A DNA stretch of 55,692 bases, filler included, from Catajapyx aquilonaris (GCA_000934665.2; 3 parts of 3 records of this genome joined end to end with filler, not necessarily neighbours in it); one strand, 5' to 3'. Positions 12,701 to 26,045 are shown, counted from the first letter of the whole stretch. Notes: generated from the sequence alone by a model not told the origin. A program made the numbers and translations.

Positions 12701-14734
12701 TAGTTGCGAAATGCCGAGGATATAGACCGACACCGCATGAAAAGTAAAGAACAGTCTACGTCATTGTAAAAGTTAAAAAGTCGACGTGCACATTTGAATG
12801 TCCCATTGTGCTTTAGTACAACCTACCGGCTGCTTTCTGATGTAATAATTCCAAAAGTTCCATCATCTGTCATAAGCTAATAAGCGAGGCGGATCCCGTG
12901 CTACAGCGTCGTAACTACATTTCACTGTGCTTGGACGGAAAATCAATTTTAGTTATGGGAGACTTTGTGAAGTTTTAATGGTTCCTCATGGAGATATCAA
13001 TCACGGGATAATTTTTATCGTCAGCAAATTTTCCAAACTAGAAGCATTTTGCCGGTAAGATGAAATGTAAAATGTGGCCAACTATAAAAATGATCAATAA
13101 TGTAGTTAGGACAATAGGCCATGTTATGCAAGTAGCCTACACCTCCTAAATATGTTGACTGTAATTGCATGTACTAACCCAGCCAAAATTCTTCTTCAAT
13201 GTTTCCAAATCCATCTTCATATTCTTTCCATCCTCTGTTAAAATCGACAGCAGGCGAAATCCCCCCTCGTCTTTGGAAAACAGTCCATCCACCTCCATCA
13301 GTCGTCATATCACAGTACACTTTCTGCAGTACAAAAGAATGATATATCATGACCGAAGAAAGATGAGTGCTGGTTTTATCTTACCAGTTTCTTCCCCCTT
13401 CGCAACGGCCTGATTTCATATACTCCACTTGTATCATTTACTTCCAGTTGGATCTCGGCGCAGTCTCTAGGGTCGGGAATTGAGCCTGAAAAAGATGAAT
13501 GTGTATAGTCTCAAGGACGGTTTTTATCATACAGTACATTTACCTTCAATTTGAACTTTGAATTTTTCCACCGCAGCGGAGATTTCATAGAGCAGTCGGT
13601 TCAAGTCGGTTTGCACGTCACCGTCGTCTCTCTAGAATATGCATAGTTCATTGCTAGTATTGAATATTCATGTGAAGGGATTATCCAGGTTGCTTTTATG
13701 TAGTGAAAAATAATCTAATAATGCATGCCAAGTGTATACTCGTCTCAACTACATTTCTGTTACGTTTATCAAATGGCTCAAGTGAATGAAATACGTTGAG
13801 ACTTTACCGATTCATTCCAAGTCGCCTGATGCGTTTCGATGAAGCTTTCAATAGTAGTCAGTTTGTCGTTTATTTCTTGCCTGAAACATATGCGCGTTGT
13901 AGTAATCCAATCGTTAAAAAAACCATGTGACATAATAATGAGTAATTGCTTACAGCTCGTTAGCAAAATTCTCGGGCGTGTTTTTCAGCACAACCTTTTC
14001 CAGTTTGTCCAGTTTAGTCATCACTTTTTCCATCCATCCTTCCAATTGTTCTTCCGGAACATTAGGCTTCTCCTTTTCTGAAATAGCTTATGTTCATGCT
14101 CGCATTTAGGAATCAGGCCATGACATGAGGAAAGCCTTCTTAAAAGGAAGAAAATAATATTTACCCGGACGCTCCCCGTCATCTGCAGATATTGTTTTAT
14201 TTACGCGATGATCCCAAGGTTTTTCTTGCTGCAAAATAATGCCACACTCACATCGGTTTAATTGATCACAAGTAATAGATACCGACTATGTAAAACAGTC
14301 GAGGCTTCCCCGTGCAGTTTACTACACCAATAATAACTTTTTCTATCCTTTCGGACATGAATTTTGCCGCAAGATCTGTAAAAACGACATGCGAATATTA
14401 CACTTTTCATGCAGGAATTAGAATGCAAGACAAAAAATTTTTACCATCCCGTAATATCTTATGCCGAATATAGTCTTTGTGCATCTTATAACATAAGCTT
14501 CTTCAGAATAACCTCCTTTCTAAAAAGTAGCCATGTGCAGACACAGTGAAGGGGGATTATTATTCACGAGTGCTAAGTGTTATTTTGGCATGTAAAGGGT
14601 GCAAAAAGTGTACTCACCTTGGATGCAACATGCGCTACAGAATGTGCACTTGGATAAAAATGATCCTCGGCATGAGCGTGTAAAAGTAGGCAGAAAAGAG
14701 CGCAAAAGGATGTGAATAGTCTGAGCGCCTCCAT
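9705..14734 (-). CDS. Secreted fibrinogen-related protein (signal peptide + coiled coil + FBG/FReD domain; angiopoietin/techylectin-like)
   Basis: Phase-consistent GT-AG exons: 14734-14618 ([22 protein letters not shown] signal peptide), uncertain small exon(s) ~14520-14339, 14228-14165, 14077-13954, 13880-13808, 13631-13544, 13485-13385 (PRDCAEI..SGVYEI), 13323-13179 ([32 protein letters not shown]), 10706-10539 ([18 protein letters not shown]), 10451-10321 (FSTRD..C..GWWY..C), 9998-9705 ([15 protein letters not shown]). AATAAA at 9652-9647. Confidence 0.92.
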
Positions 14735-15318
14735 AATTCTGCGCTATTGTATTTCCAGAGAGCCCGGGTCCATGGGATCGATACTTCTGGAAACAGTACT
14801 TCCAAGGTCGAATCTTCAATCAAGGTCAATAGGTTGCATCTATTTCTGTTACTGCATCGCTCCCAGCCATTACCAATTCTGGCGTGCTTAATCGCTTTGT
14901 GCTATTCTAGTTTCTATGCAGAAATTATTATGAAATTGATGCAGGTCGTTGGTGAATGGCCCAATTTCATGGGCGCTGATGGAAACGGGGTTACATACAG
15001 ATATTATTATAGCCGCCTTTCTGCCGTAATCGCGCTGTGGAAATTAACGAACTTGCTCCCTGGTAAGTGTTTCATACGGTATGTGTATAAATGAAGGGCT
15101 TGTGTTGCAGTATTTCCAGGATAAAACTCGCGTTGAATTGAATGTGTGGGAACACTGTTGGCTCATATTGAAAGTTTGCCAAACTTCGGGTATGATTAAA
15201 ATGGCTCCAAGCCATTAGCTGTATTGCAGTGCAGTACAGTACACTATTTTGTCTACAGTATATGAACTACTTGCCTTTCCAGCCGTTCAATTCTCACGTT
15301 CTCTTTCTGAAAGAGTTA

Positions 15319-15468
15319 AGGCCATTTCACAAAAAAAATGTCGCGCGGCAAACGGCGCGACTTGCGGCAAATTTTATTGTTGCCAACAATTGGCAACAAT
15401 AAATATAAATAAAAATTTGCCGCAAGTCGCGCCGTTTGCCGCGCGACATTTTTTTTGTGAAATGGCCT
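15319..15468. mobile_element. PIF/Harbinger-type MITE, near-perfect hairpin
   Basis: AGGCCATTTCACAAAAAAAATGTCGCGCGGCAAACGGCGCGACTTGCGGCAAATTTT perfectly mirrored at the right end; TTA TSD (15316-15318, 15469-15471). Confidence 0.88.
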
Positions 15469-18060
15469 TTACAGTATAGGCTACACTGAGCTGATAAACC
15501 CAGGAATGCCCATTATATAGTGATAATAGTAAAATAACAGTCACTCTACGACTAAGAATGCGAATGGGTATATCGTATTACGAAAAAAAAAAAACTTGAA
15601 TGATAAATTAAAATGCAATCTGCGTCAATCCCAAGTTGTGTTCGAGATAACATCAAGCATAATGTTGATCTATTGCATGGAATAATCTTAGAAAATGCAT
15701 ACGGGGTGATGTGAAAGATGCGCATGCTCCGACTTATAGGTTTCTTGAGTTATTCTAAAGCGAATGGATAAGGATAATGAATGAAAGATAATGAATACGG
15801 AAAATTACTGGGAAAAATACATTTTGATATCTGAAGCGATGGTACTGGCAAAAGCGATGGTGGAAATAATTATAGACTGCGTCTTCCAGTTACATAATAC
15901 TTCGCCCAAACTATTTTCGTTCAAAGGCATCTTGCACAATGAAATTTCAATGAAATCCAATACTTCTAGGGCTGTAGTTGCGCGGGTAAATGCATTGCTT
16001 GCCACAATAATAAACTGCCTTTATACAGACTGTAGATTCGTCATATTTTTTCTTCGAGATGCGATTCCAAGTGTAAAGTTACAGTCTGTTGGCTGCATTT
16101 TTACTTGTTAAACTTGTGCTGGTTTATTTACGATCTTTGGCACAATGCACAAGTTGGCTGCACACCTAGACGTGCGCAAAACGAGCACAAAGTCACGATT
16201 CTACCCTGTTGGAACGTTATGATCTCTGAGTCCGCCCACGTTCACTGGTCAATTTCACTGGTCAATCTGGCAAGCACTGATCCTTAATAATATATTCCCC
16301 TGTCTCCTCTCCACACTAACTTGTAAGTCACAGCACAAAGCTCATGACACCGCACTGGGGCACCTGTCATGTTGTGAGCACACATCTGAGAGAGCAATGA
16401 GTGGCCGAAAATTGTGATAGTCACTGTCAGCTTTGTTTAGGACCCAGGAAAGGAATTGCATGTGCTTCTACTGTAGTTTATAGTGTTCAACATCTTGAAC
16501 CTCATCAGATTTGGAAAAGAAAATAATCATGTGTACCAAGAACATATGAACTTGTAGGCTATTCCTATTTTCCTCTTAGGTAATAATTATGTGAACTTGT
16601 CATGTGAACTTGGTCAGGGCGAAATGGTCTCCGGATCCTGTCCACATTTCGCAGAAGTTTCAGTAGCCCTGGCTTATACAATGTTAGCGCATCCAAGAAG
16701 TAGGATTGCCTAGGCCCTATAGGGCATAAACATAGAATTCCTCGCAATAAACAATATTAAAACATACTGTACCTGTAACTAGTGTAGCAACTAAGACACA
16801 ATTGTCATGTCGATCGAAGCATACACTATTTCAACTATGCTATGGCACCAAATTTTGCAAATATGGAGCACTTTCTCCGCCAAGTCACTCTTTAGATTCT
16901 GACGGAAATTTTTCTAGAGGTGACGAAACAAGTGGAAACCACTCGGTGCAAGGTTTGGCAGCGGGAATGAAGAATACTCAAAGTCGTCCCACTTGAACAC
17001 TGAACTAGAGATTGCAATAAAGTAGACCTAGTTTTGTGGAGGAATTCTGTAAACAAGCCATTATAAATGATGAAATACAAGAAAATTAGAATTTTCAATA
17101 ACTACTTGAGTTATTGACGACTTGGTTTTTACCACGTGGTTTTTACATGAATGAGTGATTGATAATTTTAGGATTCTTTGGTGCGTTTTTACAGTATTAT
17201 GACGAATTATTTATGACAACTTTAAGAATAGCTAAGAACCTATGTGTACGTATCTCACAGCATGTATAGTTTACCTGAACCAATCTCATTTGGTAGTCCT
17301 GGGGATGGGATAACATGCATTAAGATAAGGCGGCGGTTCAGAACTGCTACATGAGGATATGTTAGGGCCATGTGTTAGGGTATATTACTTTGCAAGACAA
17401 AACACTACTCACCTGGTAGACCTATACATTTTTTCAGCGTTTATTGCCTTTCAAAGGGCGGATTTTAAATGCAACATCCATAATCCATTGGGTTTAGTGT
17501 GCAGTATTTACACATTTTGACGACTGTCAGGAGTATGCATCTGCTCTATTTAGATACGTTGTATTTAATGATGTACTGTACCGTATGCATATTATTTAAA
17601 GGATATTTCATGTGTATCAGATCGTGTGTCGCGTGATTAAATAATCCATAAATTTTATTTTCTGTCGGTATTTTACAATACACATTGTAACCGACATGCA
17701 CTGAAAAATCAACACTACAATAGTGGATTCACTACAAAACACTACGGTACACATACTAAAGTTCAGTCACTGCAACACTTGAATTATCCTAGGATAATTT
17801 TTAATGATCCAACTTGTACAAAGGCTGCAGTTACACGATCCACATATCTCACTATTATTATTTACAAGCATATCCATTTTTCTTGCTATTTGATTATGTT
17901 ATTTCTGTGATCCCAATTGTTCCGTCGAACCCTTCACGTCACGCCTTTACGTAAAAGCACCCTTTCTACTATTTAGCATGTAGTGTACAATGTCCCTTTA
18001 CATAGCTGTTACAATCAAGTCTGGAAATAAACTTTTATTGCAAAGTTGCTCAATCAAAAT

Positions 18061-18134
18061 AAGGGCTCCATGGAAGAAGGGGGTAACTAGATGGGAATTC
18101 CCATCTAGTTACCCCCTTCTTCCATGGAGCCCTT
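18061..18134. repeat. Perfect 74-bp spacerless palindrome
   Basis: AAGGGCTCCATGGAAGAAGGGGGTAACTAGATGGGAA|TTCCCATCTAGTTACCCCCTTCTTCCATGGAGCCCTT; 37-bp arms, no mismatch. Confidence 0.95.
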
Positions 18135-19113
18135 CTATTGTAATTCTAGTTTCTCGTGTCTTTAGTGTACATGTAGTTATTTCACTACACGGGACCAGAA
18201 AATGCGAACACCACCTGCTGGTTCTCCGAGCAGAGTCGGCATCTTTTGTCCTGTATAGTAACTTATACTGTATACATTAAGCTTACTACAATAATTGCAT
18301 TTTAAACTTTGTAAGATATAATCTTCTTTTAGAAAAATCCAGGGCTTTTTACCCAGAATACTTTTTTTCTCTGTACCATATAAGCTGCAGTAAAGCACAA
18401 AATACATGGGCCCAAGCTACCTCTTATGTTGAATGTTTTTACAGCCATGCCCCTTGCCTCTCTCTATTAGATATTTTTTCACCTCATTTTAAAACTTCTG
18501 CGACCACTTCCATCATATCTGATTCCCTGCATTGTAACACAGTGTATTTTCCTAAGCCTGTTTATGTATATGCACGCATTTCTTATATTATTTTCCTTCG
18601 TGCAACACTACAAATCTAATATGACTCGCTCCTCTGACCTGAACCATTCCCACATAATAATTATATTGCCATGGAAATTAAATTTTGCTCGAGGAACTAT
18701 TATTCTCACGCCCCGATGAAACTTCAACTTCCAATGATACACCAATCGGGACTTTTCCTACAATAAGAGCGAACAGTTTGTCAAACAATATCTTTGAGAT
18801 CATTGTGCTGTACACTGTAGAATGGGACCCCCAGTGGGAAAGGTTATCACAAATTGAGCCCAGCCCAAAATGCCAGTGTAACCAACGTAGTTGGAGGCAG
18901 AACAACTTTATGTGGCGTCAATTTTTGACGCAACTGTGGACCCCAGCTTGTGCTGCAAAGGTACACTTGGAAACTCTTAATCAAGTGCCTTCTAGGACGT
19001 CTTTTATTGAGAAACAAACAACAAACAGTAACAGTGAACATTGAACAACCAACAAGTTTGATGAACACAGAAGGAGATAATCTTTTCTCTTTTTGTATGC
19101 GTCTCTCTCTGCT

Positions 19114-20757
19114 TCAAGGAAGAAGAGAGTACATGTATACAGGTGCTTGTGTTTCTGATGCGGGGCAAGGCGCCTCTTGAGGCTCGGCCTTGCAGATAAA
19201 TGCGTACCTGAGGTCACACTGCACATCTTGCCACATGAAATCCTGAGCCTGGTCACCCATACACAAGCAGTTCTGCGAGTTGTTCCAGTTGTTGGGTTCT
19301 CCTGAGCCCCAGAAGGTTGGGTTTATGTGGTCCCGGGAGTCGTGCCATTCCCACACTCCTTCCTGACGACCATCTGTGCCTCCCAGCCAATGAGAGCTCA
19401 TGTGGAAATCTGGCCAACAAGATAGATCAGTGTCAAAGAACACATAGACTACAGAGTCATCAGTCATTTTTACCCATTTTACATCTGTTTATGCATTCTT
19501 TTAGCGCCACATGCTTTTCGCATTATGTCTTGATTGATTTCAGTGAGAAGTCCCTTTTCTACTAGTGTTATGTAAGATCAGTATTTTGCTACTCGCATGC
19601 GGTTCTTTGACCGTAACATTGATATCTTTATAGCGTAGACGCTAGCCAACGATTCAGACGGTCAGATAATAAATGAATCATTCAGCTGGCAGTGATTCAA
19701 ATAAAGTTCACCACCCGCATCTCAAAGTTAATCTATTACAGCATTTCGCATCATTTATTTCTAAGGCTGTCGTTTGTATAATTTAATAATATTATTTCTG
19801 AGAAATTATTTTGGGTTTCTCTATACATTAAATTTGCTCTGAGTCAATTTAATGATTTATGCTGCAATATTGCACTGTATAGTGTGTTTCAAAATTGAGC
19901 TAACATTCCCGTAGATCGCGGAGGCTTATATCCATTGCCCATGTCGCAGTGTGAGTTACAACTTACACCTTTGGAAATCTCATTAAATGTGTTTCAATCA
20001 ATGCGGTATGAATAATTTTATGACAAACTTGTTCACATAGAGTTCATAGGGCCCAGCGTCCGAAAAAGTTCTACTGAAACGAATGTGAGCTGAATTATGA
20101 AAGACACCAGTAGACGTAAGCAACAACCAGTGATTTTAATAATTTGACCGTAACTTATATTCCTACATGATGATAGTCAATACGTACTATTGGCAACAAA
20201 TTCCTGCAAGACTAGATGTTCCTTAGCTCCACGCACGTCAGTGAGGTAACCTCCAAGAAGGCGGCATGTCTCGATAGCATCACACCAATTAGCAATCAAC
20301 CTTCTGCTGAAGAAGTAGCATCCTGTACTGAGCCGAACAAAACGTGGTGGACAGCCAACGCAGCGGGTGTTTAACATCACGTTCACCTCCACTGGCGCTG
20401 ACGACACTTGACCTGTGGGACGCTCGCGAACTAATTCAACCAGTTTACACGCTGTTCTGGACTCTCATAATAACAATCACAACATCAAGAATGTAAATGA
20501 CATTTATGGCTGACACAACTTACATTTGTGGTCGTCGTCCCTTTCACAGATGTAGCTGAACTTTCGGGAGCAGTCACTGTCGGCCCATTCCAGGTCAAAT
20601 GGACCGAAGAGTTGTAGGCAGTGTTCTCCGGCATTAGCGTTGTTGGGTTCTCCTCGATGCCAGTCAGAGTAGGAGAAGTCTTGCAAGTGAGTTGACCACA
20701 CCCAGCGGCCTTCGTGACCGAGGTCATAGCCACCCAGCCATGATGTTTCCTTGCTGG
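19114..20757 (-). CDS. C-type lectin with two tandem CTLDs (5' exons not located)
   Basis: Exons 20757-20524 (WLGGYD..EGRWVW..W..GEPNN...EHCL...WAD..C..YICE), 20412-20188 (CPPRF..GCYFFS..W..A..C..LGGYL) and 19409-19114 (WLGGTD..EGVWEW..GEPNN..QNCL..WQDVQC..FICK), all joined in phase 1 by GT-AG introns. Minus-strand AATAAA near 19003-19008. Confidence 0.9.
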
Positions 20758-21666
20758 CTGTCAATGATACATGAGTTTTACTCCCTCTTCACTAGTGCGC
20801 ATAAAAGAAGAGATCTGTTCAAAAGCTAGGTAATAACAGTTGTGGTCAATAAATTCTATTTCCTTTTATGTGGGGGGATGACATGCAGTAATAATGCAAG
20901 ATGAATGTGCAATGTTAGTACCAGTAGTAGAAAGTGATTTACTGGCTGCTTTATTAGGTCGACTTTATTGCAACCCTGCTTTTGTGAAATATCTAAGGAG
21001 AGTGTGAATATAGCGAAGCTAAAGATACAGTGAAAAATGTTGCCTTACTTCATGGTATATAAGGGCCACTGACAACCCCATGCTAATCACAAAGAGTCAC
21101 TGTATTCATAGAATACAGTATAATACTGTATATTGGTGTGTATGATGTGGCCATTTTCGAAACCATTACCATTAGAACAATGTTTGTCTCGGGGACTCAA
21201 TATATAGATTGGTACTACTGGATTTTTAGCAAGTTTGTGAATAATTAGACGACTGAACTTTCGCACGACTACTTCCAGCAAGATGGAGCTACAAACCTGT
21301 CACACGTTGAACAAAAGCATACAGGCTACATGAAATCGAAATTTGTAAACCGGATCATTTCAAAATGGTGTCCACCAAGATCTACTGGACTCCTCCAGAA
21401 TATCTCCATATCTCTTAAGGTTTCATCTGAGGGCCAAATGTGTACGCTAACAAACCGAGGGCTATTAACAGCAGAAATAGAATACTAGAGGTGAGATCGC
21501 AGTAATTTCCTGCTTCAGGAATGCTTTCAGGAAATTTTCTCCAAGGTGGAGAATCGTTTACAAATGTGCCTAGGGAGCCGGGCATTTTCAGCATCATTAT
21601 AATATTTAATGCGGATGACGCCTCATATTCACTACACATAGTAGGCCTATTTGCTACGTTCATATA

Positions 21667-21904
21667 CATGGTGTTCCAAGTTCGGGGGTCACTTCTTGAT
21701 AACTGATATCGCCCGATAGCAGTTATTTTTGTAGCTTCAGTGGGTCGAATATAGCAGTAGTTGTAGAATGGGGCACCTGCATATTATTTGCAATTATTTT
21801 TGTAGTTTGTTATGCCCCTAACCATGGCACAACAAACTACAAAAATAATTGCTATCGGGCGATATCGGTTATCAAGAAGTGACCCCCGAACTTGGAACAC
21901 CCTG
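21667..21904. mobile_element. Tc1/mariner-type MITE
   Basis: TA|CA(T)GGTGTTCCAAGTTCGGGGGTCACTTCTTGATAAC ... GTTATCAAGAAGTGACCCCCGAACTTGGAACACCCTG|TA; arms ~65 bp. Confidence 0.85.
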
Positions 21905-22041
21905 TACAAATATACAGTACTATCCACAGAATTTCATTAAAAACATCCGAGTTAATCACCATATACTGATATAGCCTGTAACTCTTGGTTGGAAGCAAAT
22001 GCTGGAGTGCAGATTAATTATTAGAGGCCAAATATGCCTAA

Positions 22042-22171
22042 GGCCCCTAGTCTGATGACCCCGGGTAAGCTATCCCGGGGACAATCACCATGGCAGCATA
22101 TGTAAGAGGATAGCAGTAAACAACCAGTTACCCCAGGGGGCAAGCTACCCCGGGTCACCAGACTATATACC
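22042..22171. mobile_element. PIF/Harbinger-type MITE
   Basis: TAGTCTGATGACCCCGGG mirrored by CCCCGGGTCACCAGACTA; TAA on both flanks. Confidence 0.6.
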
Positions 22172-22197
22172 TAAATGAAAATATTTATTGGGAACTA

Positions 22198-22430
22198 GGG
22201 AGACGGAGTGGCGCCGCGGTAACGCGCGCGCCCACGGAAGTTAAGGTTCCGGGTTCGATCCCCACCCGGGGTTCCCACCTTCTTTCGTGCAGAGTTGGGC
22301 CATCTCTGGCTTCGTTTCGGGTGGCAATTTCCGATAGACTAAGCCACCCGGGGGAGTTCACAAAATGACCAATTAACGACAGCGCACTTGCACTTTGCAC
22401 ATCCCCTCCTATACTTACCCTTGGAACAAT

Positions 22431-22482
<52 letters not shown>

Positions 22483-22559
22483 GGTTCCCAAAAAATAGTG
22501 GTATCCCACTCCCCTAATAAGGGCCCAAGGTCCGATAATGGGGTACAGGTAAAAAAAAA
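22198..22559 (+). mobile_element. tRNA-derived SINE, family A head/body with poly(A)-type tail (chimeric)
   Basis: Box A TGGCGCCGCGG, box B GGTTCGATCC; body matches 3168-3517; internal (AC)n(AT)n at ~22432-22482; 3' stem-loop then A10. TSD ATTTA(T/C)TGGGAACTA at 22183-22197 and 22560-22574. Confidence 0.9.
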
Positions 22560-22594
22560 ATTTACTGGGAACTATTTTGACATTTTTATTTTCA

Positions 22595-22706
22595 ATGGGT
22601 GGAATTTTTGTCCTGCTGCTAGTTACTGCTAAACTTAGCAATACAATGCCAACACTGGTACTGCCAAGTTAGCAGTAACTAAGCAGTGGGACGAAAATTA
22701 CACCCA
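22595..22706. repeat. Inverted repeat / MITE remnant
   Basis: TGGGTGGAATTTTTGTCC..GCTAGTTACTGCTAA mirrored by TTAGCAGTAACTAAGC..GGACGAAAATTACACCCA. Confidence 0.55.
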
Positions 22707-23625
22707 ACATTTTTTGTTCACTATTTAAATGAACAGGCATTACAAAGCTTTCGAAATCAGTCACCGTGTACACTATGCGGTGAAAAAGGTTCTCAATTCC
22801 TCTCGGAATTGTTATTGGTTTGTTAGGTCATAATTATATGGATCAGGGGCATTATAGCTTGAGAGACTTTGACCGCTCCACTCTTTAATCGTTACCAACG
22901 AAGGAAGCAGGAAAGGAAGATTAGTTAGGTCCATACGACACAGTAATTGAGAACGACAGGAGGGGAAGGAATAAGCCGATGTGGCCATTCTGGTAAGCAT
23001 TTATCTGCATTTACGAGTCCCTTAAGAGCGTAGTATAATCGTATCCTGGAAGCGACCGAGGGAAACACATGGAAAGCACTGTGTGACATTTCACATGACA
23101 CACTACAGTAGTTATACCCTAATATATTCTGTTCTCTGCAAAGACATGGCAAAAAGTGTCAAGTGACACACTTGTGGAATGATGGAAGGATTACACATAA
23201 TTATGGTATGTGTGTCACATGGCACACATGTGGGACTTTCTGCGGCAGAATATGTGTCATCCAACTCGTACTTAAGTGTCGTATTTGAGATGACACGTTT
23301 TACTGTGTCGGTTTCGGCAAAAAATGACACATTTGGTTGTGTCAAAAGGTTTTCTGTGTACTTCGGCTCAATTACTGTGATAATTGCGTGCCAATTTTCG
23401 TTTCGTCACCTATGTGAACCACAAGGAATCTCATGCTGGTGAGAGTCTCCAGATACAACAGGTGATTGGGAGGATGGCGTGCCCGGCAGGATATCACCTA
23501 TTTTTAGACGAGGTACTTGAAACTGGCGCGCTATTATCACTATAAATTGACCCGAAATTTCCTATATAAAACAAACAGTAGCGTGTGAGAATTCAAAAGG
23601 ACGAGTGTAAGTCTGAGATTAAATG

Positions 23626-23700
23626 AATCGGTCATTTTGAAAAGGGGTCATATCCTCTGGAAATGCACTGGAGATGACCCCTTTTCCAAATGACCGATTC
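23626..23700. repeat. Hairpin-forming inverted repeat
   Basis: GAATCGGTCATTTTGAAAAGGGGTCAT mirrored by ATGACCCCTTTTCCAAATGACCGATTC. Confidence 0.65.
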
Positions 23701-24706
23701 AAATGCGCCCTTTCTCCCAGCCTGTGTACTACTGGTATCGTGGTATGAGCATCATCTTCTGCTCAATATGCACATTGCAAAATTAACGCCCTTACTGTGG
23801 TCTAGAAAATCCCATTTATTTTTGCATGAAGCACTAGGTGTAATTGATCCCATATCCTAAAGTGATGCTTAATGACAGAATACGTGAGGTTTTCTTTCTC
23901 TTTACAGATCTGCCGTCCATCCGAAAAAATCCGCATCTGCACATGGCGATAAGGCCATATAATGTTTGCCAGAAAACCGCGAATAAAAACACAATATCTC
24001 TGTGCAGAGGCGACTTTTTAAAGTGGAACATCTACTTGTAGAAGTGCAAATATTCGCCACTTCAATTTCTTGAAAATCGATATGTTCTAATTTGAGAAAC
24101 AAATAATTTTAGCATTATCGTTATTTTTATTATAATAATTTAATTATTCACATCCAGATATTAGCCATAACTGGCAGTAATACGTAGCCTTCCAGTGTTA
24201 CGGTTTAGATTCTCCTGTGGGTAAATTAAAGAGGTACGGTACTGTTTTGGTTTGATCCCTATAAGAGTAGAGTAATTTATTAATTAGTTTCGTTGTTGAA
24301 CTGAAATATTAACGTTACTATGAATTCTTCATAGCCTCTGAGATGCTCACGCTACAACGAGAAAAGCAACCTGTTGTCTGCTCGTATTGAATTTAAGCTC
24401 TGTGCAGTTCTAAGTTTGTGCATTAGGCGTGTTATATTATTTATTAGTCCGGTAATGCCCGAGATGTTCAGTATGAGAAAGAAATGTAAAGCAATAACAG
24501 GATATGTAATTACGAGACAGAAGTAACACTATACGAAGCATGAACACAGAAATGAACTTCAAAACCTTGCATAAACCTAGATTTTTCCCTCACATTCTAA
24601 TTGAATGACCCAGAATGGAAAGGTCATAAGTCCATGAGACAAAATTTTACAGGGGAGACAAAAAACTTAAATGCGGCATTGTAAATTCGTCAAGGTGGTC
24701 GGACTC

Positions 24707-24806
24707 NNNNNNNNNNNNNNNNNNNNNNNNNNNNNNNNNNNNNNNNNNNNTTAATTAATTAANNNNNNNNNNNNNNNNNNNNNNNNNNNNNNNNNNNNNN
24801 NNNNNN
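24707..24806. other. Artificial contig-joining linker
   Basis: 44 N + TTAATTAATTAA (stop codons in all six frames) + 44 N. Confidence 0.97.
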
Positions 24807-26045
24807 TTTTACTTTCACCAATGAATTTCTGGCCTGCGATTTACCCCTAGTGTCATTTTCGGGCCGATTGGCCGATTGCACTACAGACACTTCCCTTGTC
24901 AGTCCATCTGGGCAAGTCCTCTACCCAATCGGAGATAAAAATGCATGACTTCTGGCATTAATCACTTCACCATTGTGCCACCTTCATCAATCAGTGCACA
25001 ATTGGTGATGGTGGTTGTTTGGTGTCACAACCAAGTATATAGTGGGCATACCCGAGAAACATTTAGTCCAAAACCCCAGTTTCATGATAATCCAATGCAA
25101 AGATTTGACCTTGCATTTGTTTAAATGCTAGTCATCATTATCATCACAGCATTTCCCAAAAACGGGTGGCAGCAAACAACAAGGAATAGCTCCTTGTTAC
25201 CTCACATGACCAAATATAAAAATTCGGAAGCACTGGTTAGGTGCTTGCGGAAATAGGAGAGGGGCAGCTCAGGGTGGGGTGGGGCAGAGAGAGGGAGAGA
25301 GAGAGTGAGTGCTGACTTCTATCTGACTGGTCAAGCTGGGCTGATTTGACATTGGCATTGTCCCTGGTGACGTTAAGGAGGCAGTCGTGGCCAGGAAAGC
25401 CATCTCGACTCAAATCTGCCAAAATTAAAAGCTTGGTGTGTTTCACTTGTATGCCCACGATATTTAGCATTCCTGATTGCAATGGTATGTTGCATTGTCA
25501 AATGTGGCATTCATTAGACTAGCCTCTGTGAGCTTGTCATGAACATTATTAACCCCCATCACATTTCAGAAGTTAGTCTCAATGGAAAGAATAGCAATGG
25601 AAACAAACACTGTGGTCTGCTTAACTTTTGTTTATACAATTGGCCCTGAAACATAATTGTAAGTTAGAATGCTCTGCATTCCCACAAGGAATTATAAATG
25701 CACATTAAAAACAATGCACATAAAAACTTGAGGCCATAATGAATAATGATCCCTAATTACACATGTACAGTAGAGGATACATGCCTGTTATAAATGCTAC
25801 TCAATAAATGAGTCAAATTGATTATGTAGTTACACTGAGTTGACATGGTGCAACTCACTTGCACTTTTGCAAGAATTCCCTCACATATTGAATGAAGTGG
25901 TACTTGAAACTTGCCTGCATAATATTCAACATTAGATGCCACAAATCCAGGTTTCTGAGTGCAAAGCCATTTGATGGAAGCACCTGACACTTATACTTTT
26001 GTGTGGAGGAGTGTAAAACTTTGTTGCACACTCAATACGCTGCAC

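Noticed and set aside
22052..22084. Hammerhead-like CTGATGA followed by a GC-rich stem-loop
   Set aside because: The stem is followed by ACAA rather than GAAA, and no stem I/III with an NUH site is evident; the motif is part of a MITE TIR.
21415..24102. Short ORFs as candidate 5' exons of the C-type lectin
   Set aside because: None shows the CTLD N-terminal Cys/Trp pattern together with a compatible phase-1 donor.
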